The notes under the pieces are model-generated. The model made no database searches and was not told the origin of the DNA. It worked only from the letters and a program-made list of their open reading frames with translations. Position numbers and translations under genes: made by a program. Shown one piece after another: positions 46,930 to 58,139 of a DNA stretch of 64,000 nucleotides. Source of the stretch: Bacillus subtilis subsp. subtilis str. 168 (GTDB taxonomy: Bacteria; Bacillota; Bacilli; Bacillales; Bacillaceae); NCBI RefSeq assembly GCF_000009045.1, contig NC_000964.3, forward strand, positions 1,612,001 to 1,676,000. Reading direction: 5' to 3'. How positions within the stretch are numbered: position 1 is the stretch's first letter; each line of letters begins with the position of its first letter.

Positions 46930-47832
46930 ATGTTTCGTAATGTAAAAGAATTAATTGAGATTACTAAAGAAAAACAAATATTGATCTCTGATGTGATGAT
47001 AGCTCAAGAGATGGAAGTAACAGAAAAAACAAAAGAGGACATTTTTCAGCAGATGGATCATAACCTGTCTGTTATGGAAGCGGCGGTTCAGAAAGGACTC
47101 GAGGGAGTTACGAGCCAAACGGGCTTAACAGGCGGAGATGCCGTTAAATTGCAGGCCTATATTCGATCAGGAAAAAGCCTGTCTGGCCCGCTGATTTTAG
47201 ATGCTGTATCGAAAGCCGTTGCAACAAATGAAGTAAATGCAGCCATGGGAACCATCTGTGCGACACCGACTGCAGGTTCTGCCGGTGTGGTGCCCGGTAC
47301 GTTATTTGCTGTAAAAGAAAAGCTGAATCCAACAAGAGAACAAATGATCCGCTTTTTGTTTACAGCCGGGGCTTTCGGATTTGTCGTGGCCAATAACGCA
47401 AGCATTTCCGGCGCCGCCGGAGGATGTCAGGCAGAGGTTGGATCAGCTTCAGGCATGGCGGCTGCGGCTATTGTTGAAATGGCAGGAGGAACACCCGAAC
47501 AAAGCGCGGAAGCCATGGCCATTACATTAAAAAATATGCTAGGCCTCGTGTGCGACCCTGTTGCAGGGCTTGTTGAGGTGCCTTGCGTGAAACGGAATGC
47601 GATGGGCGCGTCAAATGCGATGATTGCTGCTGATATGGCATTGGCGGGCATTACAAGCCGTATTCCATGTGATGAGGTTATCGATGCCATGTATAAAATA
47701 GGCCAAACGATGCCAACTGCACTTAGAGAAACAGGCCAGGGCGGTTTAGCGGCAACACCGACAGGAAGAGAATTAGAGAAAAAAATTTTCGGAGGAGCGC
47801 TAGGTTCACGTGAAACAACATCAGCAAACTAG
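46930..47832 (+). CDS. sdaAA: L-serine dehydratase alpha subunit, 300 aa
   Basis: PTAGSAG, GGCQAEVG, GLVCDPVAGLVEVPC and [4Fe-4S] Cys residues. Confidence 0.98.
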   Translation: MFRNVKELIEITKEKQILISDVMIAQEMEVTEKTKEDIFQQMDHNLSVMEAAVQKGLEGVTSQTGLTGGDAVKLQAYIRSGKSLSGPLILDAVSKAVATNEVNAAMGTICATPTAGSAGVVPGTLFAVKEKLNPTREQMIRFLFTAGAFGFVVANNASISGAAGGCQAEVGSASGMAAAAIVEMAGGTPEQSAEAMAITLKNMLGLVCDPVAGLVEVPCVKRNAMGASNAMIAADMALAGITSRIPCDEVIDAMYKIGQTMPTALRETGQGGLAATPTGRELEKKIFGGALGSRETTSAN

Positions 47833-49858
47833 TATAGCTAACATTAAGGGTATTGGGCCGGAAACAGAAAAAACATTGAATGAACTCGGTATTTATGACA
47901 TTTCTGATCTTCTGAATTATTTCCCTTATCGCTATGATGACTACGAGCTGAGGGATTTAGAAGAAGTAAAGCATGATGAAAGAGTCACAGTCGAAGGGAA
48001 GGTTCATTCAGAGCCTTCTCTTACCTATTACGGAAAAAAACGAAACAGGCTGACATTCAGGCTTCTGGTCGGCCACTATTTAATCACAGCCGTATGTTTT
48101 AACCGGCCTTATTTGAAGAAGAAGCTTTCGCTCGGCTCTGTGGTGACGGTTTCAGGTAAATGGGACAAGCACCGCCAAACCATCTCTGTTCAGGAGTTGA
48201 AAAACGGGCCGCATCAAGAAGACAAAAGCATTGAACCAGTGTATTCTGTGAAAGAAAATGTTACCGTCAAAATGATGAGGCGCTTTATTCAGCAGGCGCT
48301 GACCCAATATGCAGACTCACTTCCTGATCCTCTTCCGGAAAAGCTAAGAAAAAGCTATAAACTGCCTGACTATTATCAAGCGTTAAAAGCAATGCACCAG
48401 CCTGAAACAAGGGAAGCATTAAAGCTTGCCAGACGGCGGTTTGTTTATGAAGAATTTTTGTTGTTTCAGTTGAAAATGCAGGCGTTCCGAAAGGCGGAAA
48501 GAGAGCAGACACAAGGGATACGGCAGCGTTTTTCAAACGAAGAACTCATGAGATTTATCAAAAGCCTCCCGTTTCCCCTCACAAACGCCCAGTCACGCGT
48601 TCTTCGCGAAATAACAGCAGACATGTCTTCTCCATACAGAATGAACCGTCTTCTTCAAGGGGACGTTGGATCAGGAAAAACGGCAGTCGCCGCCATTGCA
48701 CTGTATGCCGCGATCCTATCCGGATACCAAGGAGCGCTCATGGTGCCGACAGAAATTCTGGCCGAGCAGCATGCTGATTCGCTCGTTTCGCTATTTGAAA
48801 AATGGGACGTCAGCGTTGCTCTTTTGACAAGCTCTGTTAAAGGAAAGCGGCGAAAAGAACTGCTTGAGCGTCTTGCGGCGGGTGAGATTGATATTCTTGT
48901 AGGAACCCATGCTTTAATCCAAGACGAGGTGGAGTTTAAGGCGTTGAGTCTCGTTATTACTGATGAACAGCACAGATTTGGAGTTGAGCAGCGCAAAAAG
49001 CTTCGGAACAAAGGGCAGGATCCCGATGTTCTCTTTATGACAGCCACTCCAATCCCAAGAACATTAGCGATCACAGTATTCGGTGAAATGGATGTATCTG
49101 TCATTGATGAGATGCCGGCTGGACGAAAGCGAATTGAAACCTATTGGGTAAAACATGACATGCTTGATCGTATTTTGGCATTTGTCGAAAAAGAATTAAA
49201 GCAAGGCAGGCAGGCTTATATCATCTGTCCGCTGATTGAAGAATCAGATAAGCTTGATGTGCAAAACGCCATTGACGTGTACAATATGCTTTCTGATATT
49301 TTTCGGGGAAAATGGAATGTCGGCCTTATGCATGGAAAGCTGCATTCCGATGAAAAAGATCAGGTCATGAGAGAATTCAGCGCAAATCACTGTCAAATTC
49401 TCGTATCAACCACTGTTGTGGAGGTTGGCGTAAATGTTCCGAATGCAACAATTATGGTGATTTATGACGCCGACCGTTTCGGACTATCACAGCTTCACCA
49501 GCTGCGCGGCCGTGTTGGACGGGGTGAGCATCAATCTTTCTGTATTCTGATGGCTGATCCAAAATCAGAAACAGGGAAAGAACGGATGAGGATCATGTCG
49601 GAGACCAATGACGGTTTCGAGCTGTCTGAAAAGGATCTGGAACTGAGAGGTCCCGGTGATTTCTTCGGGAAAAAACAAAGCGGAATGCCGGAATTTAAAG
49701 TGGCGGACATGGTTCATGATTACAGAGCGCTTGAAACGGCAAGGCAGGATGCTGCGAATCTTGTGGCTTCTGACGCGTTCTGGAAGGAGCCGGAATACGC
49801 TGTGTTAAGAGATGAATTGCTGAAGAGCGGAGTAATGGACGGGGAAAAATTAAGCTGA
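47810..49858 (+). CDS. recG: DNA helicase RecG
   Basis: QGDVGSGKT, DEQHRFG, MTATPIPRT and QLRGRVGRG motifs; GTG start overlaps sdaAA by 23 nt. Confidence 0.99.
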   Translation: MKQHQQTSIANIKGIGPETEKTLNELGIYDISDLLNYFPYRYDDYELRDLEEVKHDERVTVEGKVHSEPSLTYYGKKRNRLTFRLLVGHYLITAVCFNRPYLKKKLSLGSVVTVSGKWDKHRQTISVQELKNGPHQEDKSIEPVYSVKENVTVKMMRRFIQQALTQYADSLPDPLPEKLRKSYKLPDYYQALKAMHQPETREALKLARRRFVYEEFLLFQLKMQAFRKAEREQTQGIRQRFSNEELMRFIKSLPFPLTNAQSRVLREITADMSSPYRMNRLLQGDVGSGKTAVAAIALYAAILSGYQGALMVPTEILAEQHADSLVSLFEKWDVSVALLTSSVKGKRRKELLERLAAGEIDILVGTHALIQDEVEFKALSLVITDEQHRFGVEQRKKLRNKGQDPDVLFMTATPIPRTLAITVFGEMDVSVIDEMPAGRKRIETYWVKHDMLDRILAFVEKELKQGRQAYIICPLIEESDKLDVQNAIDVYNMLSDIFRGKWNVGLMHGKLHSDEKDQVMREFSANHCQILVSTTVVEVGVNVPNATIMVIYDADRFGLSQLHQLRGRVGRGEHQSFCILMADPKSETGKERMRIMSETNDGFELSEKDLELRGPGDFFGKKQSGMPEFKVADMVHDYRALETARQDAANLVASDAFWKEPEYAVLRDELLKSGVMDGEKLS

Positions 49859-49895
49859 GTATCAGAAGTTTTTGGTGTTCAGCCAGAAACAATCG

Positions 49896-49924
49896 TTGCA
49901 TTCCAATCTATGAAATTATATACT
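49896..49924 (+). promoter_or_regulatory. SigA promoter of the fapR operon
   Basis: TTGCAT, 17 nt, TATACT. Confidence 0.85.
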
Positions 49925-49928
49925 ACTA

Positions 49929-49945
49929 TTAGTACCTAGTCTTAA
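49929..49945. promoter_or_regulatory. FapR operator
   Basis: TTAGTACCTAGTCTTAA fits the recalled 17-bp FapR box and covers the expected +1. Confidence 0.88.
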
Positions 49946-49966
49946 TTGTCCGGATGGTGTTTAGAT

Positions 49967-50533
49967 ATGAGAAGAAATAAGAGAGAACGCCAGGAATTAC
50001 TTCAGCAGACGATTCAAGCAACCCCCTTTATTACAGATGAAGAACTAGCGGGTAAATTCGGGGTGAGCATCCAGACGATACGTTTGGACCGCTTAGAGCT
50101 TTCCATACCTGAACTGAGAGAAAGAATTAAGAACGTGGCAGAGAAAACACTTGAGGACGAAGTGAAGTCCCTGTCACTTGATGAAGTTATCGGAGAAATT
50201 ATTGACCTTGAGCTGGATGATCAGGCGATATCCATTTTAGAAATAAAACAGGAGCACGTGTTCAGCCGGAATCAGATTGCGAGAGGACACCATTTATTTG
50301 CACAGGCGAATTCTTTGGCCGTTGCAGTCATTGATGACGAGCTGGCGCTGACTGCAAGTGCAGACATCCGCTTTACAAGACAGGTAAAGCAGGGTGAACG
50401 TGTCGTAGCAAAAGCGAAAGTGACGGCTGTCGAAAAAGAAAAAGGAAGAACGGTTGTCGAAGTGAACAGCTACGTTGGCGAAGAAATTGTTTTTTCTGGA
50501 CGCTTTGACATGTATCGTTCAAAACATTCATAA
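49967..50533 (+). CDS. fapR: Malonyl-CoA-sensing repressor FapR, 188 aa
   Basis: HTH ([10 protein letters not shown]) plus hot-dog domain ([13 protein letters not shown]). Confidence 0.98.
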   Translation: MRRNKRERQELLQQTIQATPFITDEELAGKFGVSIQTIRLDRLELSIPELRERIKNVAEKTLEDEVKSLSLDEVIGEIIDLELDDQAISILEIKQEHVFSRNQIARGHHLFAQANSLAVAVIDDELALTASADIRFTRQVKQGERVVAKAKVTAVEKEKGRTVVEVNSYVGEEIVFSGRFDMYRSKHS

Positions 50534-50546
50534 AGGTGGAGCATGC

Positions 50547-51548
50547 ATGAGAATAGCTGTAGATGCAATGGGAGGAGACCACGCTCCCAAAGCTGTTATT
50601 GACGGAGTTATAAAAGGTATAGAGGCATTTGATGATCTCCATATCACACTTGTCGGTGACAAAACAACGATAGAATCACATTTAACAACTACATCAGATC
50701 GCATCACGGTGCTGCACGCAGATGAAGTGATTGAGCCTACGGATGAACCGGTCCGTGCCGTGCGAAGAAAAAAGAACTCATCTATGGTTCTTATGGCGCA
50801 GGAGGTTGCGGAAAACAGAGCTGACGCCTGCATTTCAGCGGGAAATACCGGTGCATTAATGACAGCCGGTCTCTTTATTGTCGGGAGAATTAAAGGAATT
50901 GACCGTCCGGCGCTTGCTCCGACACTTCCGACTGTTTCGGGAGACGGATTTCTTCTCCTTGATGTCGGCGCCAATGTCGATGCCAAACCGGAGCACCTCG
51001 TTCAATATGCCATCATGGGTTCTGTTTATTCTCAGCAAGTGCGCGGTGTCACTTCACCGAGAGTCGGACTTTTAAATGTCGGAACAGAAGATAAAAAAGG
51101 AAACGAACTGACGAAGCAGACGTTTCAAATTTTAAAAGAAACAGCAAACATCAATTTTATCGGAAACGTGGAAGCGCGAGACCTTTTAGATGATGTGGCG
51201 GATGTTGTAGTAACAGACGGCTTTACCGGGAATGTTACACTCAAAACGCTGGAAGGCTCTGCGTTGTCAATTTTTAAAATGATGAGAGACGTAATGACGT
51301 CTACTTTGACATCCAAGCTTGCAGCAGCTGTGCTGAAACCAAAATTGAAAGAAATGAAAATGAAAATGGAGTATTCGAATTATGGCGGAGCAAGTCTTTT
51401 TGGCTTAAAAGCGCCTGTGATCAAGGCGCACGGCTCTTCAGATTCAAATGCTGTATTCCATGCGATTCGGCAAGCAAGAGAGATGGTCAGCCAAAATGTG
51501 GCTGCGCTCATTCAGGAAGAAGTGAAAGAAGAAAAAACAGATGAGTAG
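50547..51548 (+). CDS. plsX: Phosphate acyltransferase PlsX, 333 aa
   Basis: [20 protein letters not shown] and KAHGSS motifs. Confidence 0.99.
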   Translation: MRIAVDAMGGDHAPKAVIDGVIKGIEAFDDLHITLVGDKTTIESHLTTTSDRITVLHADEVIEPTDEPVRAVRRKKNSSMVLMAQEVAENRADACISAGNTGALMTAGLFIVGRIKGIDRPALAPTLPTVSGDGFLLLDVGANVDAKPEHLVQYAIMGSVYSQQVRGVTSPRVGLLNVGTEDKKGNELTKQTFQILKETANINFIGNVEARDLLDDVADVVVTDGFTGNVTLKTLEGSALSIFKMMRDVMTSTLTSKLAAAVLKPKLKEMKMKMEYSNYGGASLFGLKAPVIKAHGSSDSNAVFHAIRQAREMVSQNVAALIQEEVKEEKTDE

Positions 51549-51566
51549 TCTGGAGGTTTTTACATC

Positions 51567-52520
51567 ATGAGTAAGATTGCATTTTTATTCCCGGGTCAGG
51601 GATCACAATTTATCGGCATGGGAAAAGAGCTTTATGAGCAGGTGCCTGCTGCAAAGCGTCTGTTTGATGAAGCCGATGAAACGTTGGAAACAAAACTCAG
51701 CTCGCTTATTTTTGAGGGGGATGCTGAAGAATTAACACTTACATACAATGCGCAGCCTGCTTTGCTTACGACAAGCATCGCTGTTCTTGAGAAATTTAAA
51801 GAATCTGGCATTACACCTGATTTCACAGCAGGACACAGCCTTGGTGAATATTCTGCACTGGTTGCGGCTGGCGCTCTGTCTTTCAAAGATGCTGTTTATA
51901 CTGTCAGAAAGCGCGGAGAGTTTATGAATGAAGCGGTGCCGGCTGGCGAAGGAGCAATGGCTGCGATTCTCGGCATGGATGCTGAAGCATTAAAGCAAGT
52001 AACCGATAAAGTCACAGAGGAAGGCAACCTTGTACAGCTTGCGAATCTCAACTGTCCTGGCCAAATCGTCATTTCCGGAACAGCTAAAGGGGTTGAGCTT
52101 GCATCTGAACTGGCAAAAGAGAACGGCGCAAAACGCGCAATTCCGCTTGAAGTAAGCGGTCCGTTCCATTCTGAACTGATGAAACCGGCTGCTGAAAAGC
52201 TGAAAGAGGTATTGGACGCCTGTGACATAAAAGACGCTGACGTTCCGGTCATCTCAAATGTTTCTGCTGACGTGATGACTGAAAAAGCAGATATCAAAGA
52301 AAAACTTATTGAGCAGCTTTACTCTCCGGTTCGTTTTGAGGAAAGCATTAACAAGCTGATCGCAGAGGGTGTTACGACTTTTATTGAAATCGGTCCCGGA
52401 AAAGTGCTTTCAGGCCTTGTGAAAAAAGTGAATAGACGGTTAAAAACAATTGCTGTATCAGATCCGGAAACGATCGAGCTGGCAATTCAAACGCTTAAGG
52501 AGGAGAATGATAATGCTTAA
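51567..52520 (+). CDS. fabD: Malonyl-CoA:ACP transacylase
   Basis: FPGQGSQ, GHSLGEY and SGPFHS motifs. Confidence 0.99.
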   Translation: MSKIAFLFPGQGSQFIGMGKELYEQVPAAKRLFDEADETLETKLSSLIFEGDAEELTLTYNAQPALLTTSIAVLEKFKESGITPDFTAGHSLGEYSALVAAGALSFKDAVYTVRKRGEFMNEAVPAGEGAMAAILGMDAEALKQVTDKVTEEGNLVQLANLNCPGQIVISGTAKGVELASELAKENGAKRAIPLEVSGPFHSELMKPAAEKLKEVLDACDIKDADVPVISNVSADVMTEKADIKEKLIEQLYSPVRFEESINKLIAEGVTTFIEIGPGKVLSGLVKKVNRRLKTIAVSDPETIELAIQTLKEENDNA

Positions 52521-53253
52521 TGATAAAACGGCTATTGTCACTGGCGCATCCCGCGGAATCGGCCGCTCAATCGCCCTTGATCTGGCAAAAAGCGGAGCAA
52601 ATGTTGTCGTGAACTACTCCGGCAATGAAGCGAAAGCAAATGAAGTGGTAGATGAAATCAAATCAATGGGCAGAAAAGCAATTGCTGTAAAAGCGGATGT
52701 ATCAAATCCCGAAGATGTACAAAACATGATAAAAGAAACATTGTCTGTTTTTTCTACGATTGACATTCTGGTTAATAATGCGGGAATTACAAGAGACAAT
52801 CTCATCATGAGAATGAAAGAAGACGAATGGGATGACGTCATTAACATTAACCTGAAGGGTGTTTTCAACTGCACAAAAGCTGTTACAAGACAAATGATGA
52901 AACAGCGTTCAGGCCGCATTATTAACGTATCGTCTATCGTCGGCGTCAGCGGAAACCCTGGACAAGCCAACTACGTGGCTGCAAAAGCCGGCGTCATCGG
53001 TTTAACCAAATCTTCTGCTAAAGAGCTCGCCAGCCGAAATATTACGGTAAACGCAATAGCGCCAGGATTTATCTCAACTGATATGACAGATAAACTTGCA
53101 AAAGACGTTCAAGACGAAATGCTGAAACAAATTCCGCTCGCGCGCTTTGGTGAACCTAGCGATGTCAGCAGTGTTGTCACGTTCCTAGCTTCAGAGGGAG
53201 CTCGTTATATGACAGGCCAAACGCTTCATATTGACGGCGGAATGGTGATGTAA
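52513..53253 (+). CDS. fabG: 3-oxoacyl-ACP reductase, 246 aa
   Basis: [12 protein letters not shown] and YVAAK motifs; ATG 52513 follows SD AAGGAGG. Confidence 0.99.
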   Translation: MLNDKTAIVTGASRGIGRSIALDLAKSGANVVVNYSGNEAKANEVVDEIKSMGRKAIAVKADVSNPEDVQNMIKETLSVFSTIDILVNNAGITRDNLIMRMKEDEWDDVININLKGVFNCTKAVTRQMMKQRSGRIINVSSIVGVSGNPGQANYVAAKAGVIGLTKSSAKELASRNITVNAIAPGFISTDMTDKLAKDVQDEMLKQIPLARFGEPSDVSSVVTFLASEGARYMTGQTLHIDGGMVM

Positions 53254-53336
53254 GTTTTTTCTCGAAAATTTCATCGTAGTTTCTCTAGTTTTTTAAAAAC
53301 GAATCCACTATAATACTTGAGGGGAGGTGAATTGCT

Positions 53337-53570
53337 ATGGCAGACACATTAGAGCGTGTAACGAAAATCATCGTAGATCGCCTTGGCGTTGATGAAGCAG
53401 ACGTCAAACTTGAAGCTTCTTTCAAGGAAGACTTAGGTGCTGATTCCCTAGATGTAGTTGAGCTTGTTATGGAACTTGAAGACGAGTTTGATATGGAGAT
53501 TTCTGACGAAGATGCTGAAAAGATTGCAACAGTCGGCGACGCTGTGAACTACATACAAAACCAGCAATAA
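53337..53570 (+). CDS. acpA: Acyl carrier protein
   Basis: DLGADSLD phosphopantetheine site. A TATAAT lies at 53309-53314 upstream. Confidence 0.99.
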   Translation: MADTLERVTKIIVDRLGVDEADVKLEASFKEDLGADSLDVVELVMELEDEFDMEISDEDAEKIATVGDAVNYIQNQQ

Positions 53571-53576
53571 GCTGAT

Positions 53577-53609
53577 GCTAAAAGTCCCGCCGAAACGCGG
53601 GGCTTTAGC
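53577..53609 (+). terminator. Long hairpin after acpA (weak U tract)
   Basis: GCTAAAAGTCCCGC...GCGGGGCTTTAGC. Confidence 0.6.
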
Positions 53610-53709
53610 CCTTTATTCGTGCAGTTATTACAGCATGCCGCTTTTACGCGCGCTGTATCCGGTTTAGTCAGAGAAGCGCGGTGAACCTGATGTGCCTATG
53701 GAGGTTACT

Positions 53710-54459
53710 ATGTCAAAACACTCACATTATAAAGATAAAAAAAAGTTCTATAAAAAAGTAGAACAATTTAAAGAGTTTCAAGAACGGATTTCGGTTCACT
53801 TTCAAAATGAAAAGCTTTTGTATCAAGCATTTACACATTCATCTTATGTGAATGAGCATCGGAAAAAGCCGTATGAAGATAATGAAAGGCTTGAATTTTT
53901 AGGTGACGCTGTTTTGGAACTGACGATCTCCAGATTCTTATTTGCCAAATACCCGGCTATGAGTGAAGGAGATTTGACGAAATTGAGAGCCGCAATTGTT
54001 TGCGAACCGTCTCTCGTTTCATTGGCTCACGAGCTGTCATTCGGCGATCTTGTCCTGTTGGGTAAAGGCGAGGAAATGACAGGCGGAAGAAAGCGTCCTG
54101 CTCTATTGGCGGATGTTTTTGAGGCATTTATCGGAGCCTTGTACCTTGACCAAGGATTAGAGCCGGTCGAAAGTTTCTTAAAAGTTTATGTGTTCCCTAA
54201 AATTAACGATGGTGCTTTTTCTCATGTGATGGATTTCAAAAGCCAGCTGCAGGAATACGTGCAGCGGGACGGCAAAGGCTCTCTGGAGTATAAAATCTCC
54301 AACGAAAAAGGACCTGCGCACAACCGTGAATTTGAAGCCATCGTATCTCTAAAAGGTGAACCACTCGGAGTCGGAAACGGCCGTTCAAAGAAAGAAGCCG
54401 AACAGCACGCTGCTCAGGAAGCTTTAGCTAAATTGCAAAAACACCATACGAAACAATAA
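53710..54459 (+). CDS. rnc: Ribonuclease III, 249 aa
   Basis: [12 protein letters not shown] and [10 protein letters not shown] motifs plus a dsRBD; SD GGAGG. Confidence 0.99.
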
Positions 54460-54487
54460 AATCCCCCTTATGACTCAGGGGGATTTC
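54459..54487 (+). terminator. Hairpin after rnc
   Basis: AAATCCCCCT-8 nt-AGGGGGATTT with a short U tract. An extended -10 (TGaTAGAAT, 54521-54529) for smc follows. Confidence 0.6.
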
Positions 54488-54559
54488 AGTATGTATGCCG
54501 TCTTATTTGACCAATGTTTATGATAGAATTGAAATACTTATTACATAAGGAGGATCGCT

Positions 54560-57500
54560 ATGTTCCTCAAACGTTTAGACGTTATAGGATTTAAATCATT
54601 TGCAGAACGGATTTCCGTAGACTTCGTTAAAGGCGTGACAGCAGTTGTCGGGCCGAACGGAAGCGGAAAAAGCAACATCACGGATGCCATTCGCTGGGTT
54701 CTCGGCGAACAATCGGCACGCTCTCTTCGCGGCGGAAAAATGGAAGACATCATTTTTGCTGGGAGTGATTCAAGAAAGCGATTAAATCTAGCTGAAGTTA
54801 CGCTTACTCTTGATAATGATGATCATTTCTTGCCAATTGACTTCCACGAGGTGAGTGTCACAAGACGTGTGTACAGATCAGGTGAGAGTGAGTTTCTGAT
54901 TAACAATCAGCCATGCCGCTTGAAAGATATTATTGATTTATTTATGGACTCTGGGCTTGGTAAAGAAGCATTTTCTATTATCAGCCAAGGGAAAGTGGAA
55001 GAGATCCTGAGCAGCAAAGCGGAGGATCGCCGCAGTATCTTTGAAGAAGCGGCCGGGGTGCTTAAATATAAAACGAGAAAGAAAAAAGCAGAAAATAAAC
55101 TGTTTGAGACACAGGACAATCTAAATCGGGTAGAAGATATATTACATGAGCTTGAAGGACAGGTTGAACCTCTTAAAATTCAAGCTTCAATAGCGAAAGA
55201 CTACCTTGAGAAAAAGAAAGAGCTGGAGCATGTTGAAATTGCGCTGACTGCCTATGATATCGAAGAGCTGCATGGTAAATGGTCGACTCTTAAAGAGAAA
55301 GTGCAGATGGCAAAAGAAGAAGAGCTTGCTGAATCGTCTGCTATTTCTGCGAAAGAAGCAAAGATTGAGGATACAAGGGACAAAATACAAGCGCTTGATG
55401 AGTCAGTAGATGAGCTCCAGCAAGTTTTACTGGTAACTAGTGAAGAGCTGGAAAAGCTTGAAGGCCGTAAAGAAGTCCTGAAAGAACGAAAGAAAAACGC
55501 TGTGCAAAACCAAGAACAGCTTGAAGAAGCCATCGTTCAGTTCCAGCAAAAAGAAACGGTTCTGAAAGAAGAGCTTTCGAAGCAGGAAGCTGTCTTCGAA
55601 ACGCTTCAGGCTGAGGTGAAGCAGTTAAGGGCGCAAGTAAAAGAAAAACAGCAGGCTCTCAGTCTTCACAATGAAAATGTCGAAGAGAAAATCGAGCAGC
55701 TGAAAAGTGATTATTTTGAGCTGTTAAACAGCCAGGCTTCGATACGCAACGAACTCCAGCTTCTTGATGACCAGATGTCCCAATCCGCTGTCACATTGCA
55801 GAGACTTGCGGACAACAATGAAAAGCACCTGCAGGAACGGCATGATATTTCTGCGCGTAAAGCCGCATGTGAAACGGAATTTGCCCGAATTGAGCAGGAG
55901 ATTCACAGTCAAGTCGGTGCATATCGTGATATGCAGACAAAATATGAGCAGAAAAAGCGCCAATACGAAAAAAATGAATCCGCTCTGTATCAGGCATACC
56001 AATACGTTCAGCAAGCGAGATCAAAAAAGGACATGCTTGAGACGATGCAGGGAGATTTCTCCGGCTTTTATCAAGGTGTTAAAGAAGTGCTGAAAGCGAA
56101 AGAGCGCCTTGGCGGAATTCGCGGAGCGGTTCTTGAGCTGATTTCTACAGAACAGAAGTATGAAACGGCCATTGAAATAGCGCTCGGCGCTTCTGCTCAA
56201 CACGTCGTGACCGACGATGAACAATCTGCCCGCAAAGCGATTCAATATTTAAAGCAGAATTCCTTCGGCCGGGCGACGTTTCTGCCTCTTTCTGTTATTA
56301 GAGACCGCCAGCTTCAAAGCCGTGACGCGGAAACAGCCGCCCGGCATTCATCATTTCTCGGGGTTGCCAGTGAACTTGTCACATTTGATCCTGCGTATCG
56401 AAGCGTCATCCAGAATCTTCTTGGAACCGTTCTGATCACAGAGGACTTAAAGGGTGCAAACGAGCTTGCGAAGCTTCTCGGGCACCGGTACCGCATCGTA
56501 ACCCTTGAGGGAGATGTTGTGAACCCCGGTGGTTCAATGACGGGCGGCGCGGTTAAAAAGAAAAATAACTCCCTCCTTGGAAGAAGCCGGGAGCTAGAAG
56601 ATGTGACGAAACGGCTCGCTGAAATGGAAGAGAAAACGGCACTGCTTGAACAAGAGGTCAAAACCCTTAAGCACTCCATTCAGGATATGGAGAAAAAACT
56701 GGCTGACTTAAGAGAAACCGGGGAAGGCTTAAGGTTAAAGCAGCAGGATGTGAAAGGCCAGCTGTACGAACTTCAAGTTGCCGAGAAAAATATCAATACC
56801 CATTTAGAGCTCTATGATCAAGAAAAATCTGCTCTGTCAGAAAGCGATGAAGAGAGAAAAGTGCGCAAACGCAAGCTTGAAGAAGAGCTCTCTGCCGTAT
56901 CTGAAAAGATGAAACAGCTTGAAGAGGACATAGACAGACTGACAAAACAAAAACAAACGCAATCCTCAACGAAAGAGTCTCTCTCCAACGAGCTGACTGA
57001 GCTGAAGATCGCAGCGGCCAAAAAAGAGCAGGCTTGCAAGGGGGAAGAGGACAACCTTGCCAGATTAAAGAAAGAGCTCACTGAAACAGAGCTTGCGTTA
57101 AAAGAAGCAAAAGAAGACTTAAGCTTCTTAACGTCAGAGATGTCATCTAGCACCAGCGGCGAAGAAAAGCTGGAAGAAGCAGCAAAACATAAATTGAATG
57201 ACAAAACGAAAACGATCGAACTGATTGCATTAAGGCGCGATCAGCGCATCAAGCTTCAGCATGGGCTTGATACGTATGAGCGTGAGCTGAAAGAAATGAA
57301 ACGCCTGTATAAACAAAAAACAACGCTCTTAAAAGACGAAGAAGTCAAACTTGGACGAATGGAAGTCGAGCTTGATAATTTACTCCAATACTTACGGGAG
57401 GAATACAGCTTGTCCTTTGAGGGGGCAAAAGAGAAATATCAGCTTGAAACTGATCCAGAGGAAGCCAGAAAGCGCGTGAAGCTGATTAAACTCGCAATTG

Positions 57501-58120
57501 AAGAGCTGGGTACCGTGAACCTCGGAAGCATAGATGAGTTTGAGAGGGTCAACGAACGGTACAAGTTTCTGTCGGAACAAAAAGAAGATTTAACAGAAGC
57601 GAAAAATACCTTGTTCCAAGTGATTGAAGAAATGGATGAAGAAATGACGAAGCGCTTTAACGACACATTCGTCCAAATCCGCTCACACTTTGATCAAGTT
57701 TTCCGCTCCTTATTCGGAGGAGGGCGAGCTGAACTGAGGCTCACCGATCCTAACGATCTGCTTCATTCAGGAGTCGAGATTATCGCTCAGCCGCCGGGGA
57801 AAAAGCTGCAAAACTTAAACCTCCTGTCAGGCGGAGAGCGTGCGCTTACTGCTATAGCGCTCTTATTCTCAATCCTAAAGGTTCGTCCAGTGCCGTTTTG
57901 CGTCCTTGACGAAGTAGAGGCTGCGCTCGACGAAGCGAATGTGTTCCGATTTGCGCAGTATTTAAAAAAATACAGCAGCGATACTCAGTTTATTGTGATT
58001 ACCCACAGAAAAGGAACGATGGAGGAAGCGGATGTGCTTTATGGCGTAACCATGCAGGAATCCGGTGTTTCCAAGGTAATTTCAGTTAAGCTGGAAGAAA
58101 CAAAAGAATTCGTTCAGTAA
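54560..58120 (+). CDS. smc: Chromosome condensin SMC
   Basis: GPNGSGKS, coiled coils, hinge (GRATFLP, GGSMTGG), LSGGE and DEVEAALD motifs. Confidence 0.99.
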   Translation: MFLKRLDVIGFKSFAERISVDFVKGVTAVVGPNGSGKSNITDAIRWVLGEQSARSLRGGKMEDIIFAGSDSRKRLNLAEVTLTLDNDDHFLPIDFHEVSVTRRVYRSGESEFLINNQPCRLKDIIDLFMDSGLGKEAFSIISQGKVEEILSSKAEDRRSIFEEAAGVLKYKTRKKKAENKLFETQDNLNRVEDILHELEGQVEPLKIQASIAKDYLEKKKELEHVEIALTAYDIEELHGKWSTLKEKVQMAKEEELAESSAISAKEAKIEDTRDKIQALDESVDELQQVLLVTSEELEKLEGRKEVLKERKKNAVQNQEQLEEAIVQFQQKETVLKEELSKQEAVFETLQAEVKQLRAQVKEKQQALSLHNENVEEKIEQLKSDYFELLNSQASIRNELQLLDDQMSQSAVTLQRLADNNEKHLQERHDISARKAACETEFARIEQEIHSQVGAYRDMQTKYEQKKRQYEKNESALYQAYQYVQQARSKKDMLETMQGDFSGFYQGVKEVLKAKERLGGIRGAVLELISTEQKYETAIEIALGASAQHVVTDDEQSARKAIQYLKQNSFGRATFLPLSVIRDRQLQSRDAETAARHSSFLGVASELVTFDPAYRSVIQNLLGTVLITEDLKGANELAKLLGHRYRIVTLEGDVVNPGGSMTGGAVKKKNNSLLGRSRELEDVTKRLAEMEEKTALLEQEVKTLKHSIQDMEKKLADLRETGEGLRLKQQDVKGQLYELQVAEKNINTHLELYDQEKSALSESDEERKVRKRKLEEELSAVSEKMKQLEEDIDRLTKQKQTQSSTKESLSNELTELKIAAAKKEQACKGEEDNLARLKKELTETELALKEAKEDLSFLTSEMSSSTSGEEKLEEAAKHKLNDKTKTIELIALRRDQRIKLQHGLDTYERELKEMKRLYKQKTTLLKDEEVKLGRMEVELDNLLQYLREEYSLSFEGAKEKYQLETDPEEARKRVKLIKLAIEELGTVNLGSIDEFERVNERYKFLSEQKEDLTEAKNTLFQVIEEMDEEMTKRFNDTFVQIRSHFDQVFRSLFGGGRAELRLTDPNDLLHSGVEIIAQPPGKKLQNLNLLSGGERALTAIALLFSILKVRPVPFCVLDEVEAALDEANVFRFAQYLKKYSSDTQFIVITHRKGTMEEADVLYGVTMQESGVSKVISVKLEETKEFVQ

Positions 58121-58139
58121 CGAGGAAAGAGGTTAAAAG

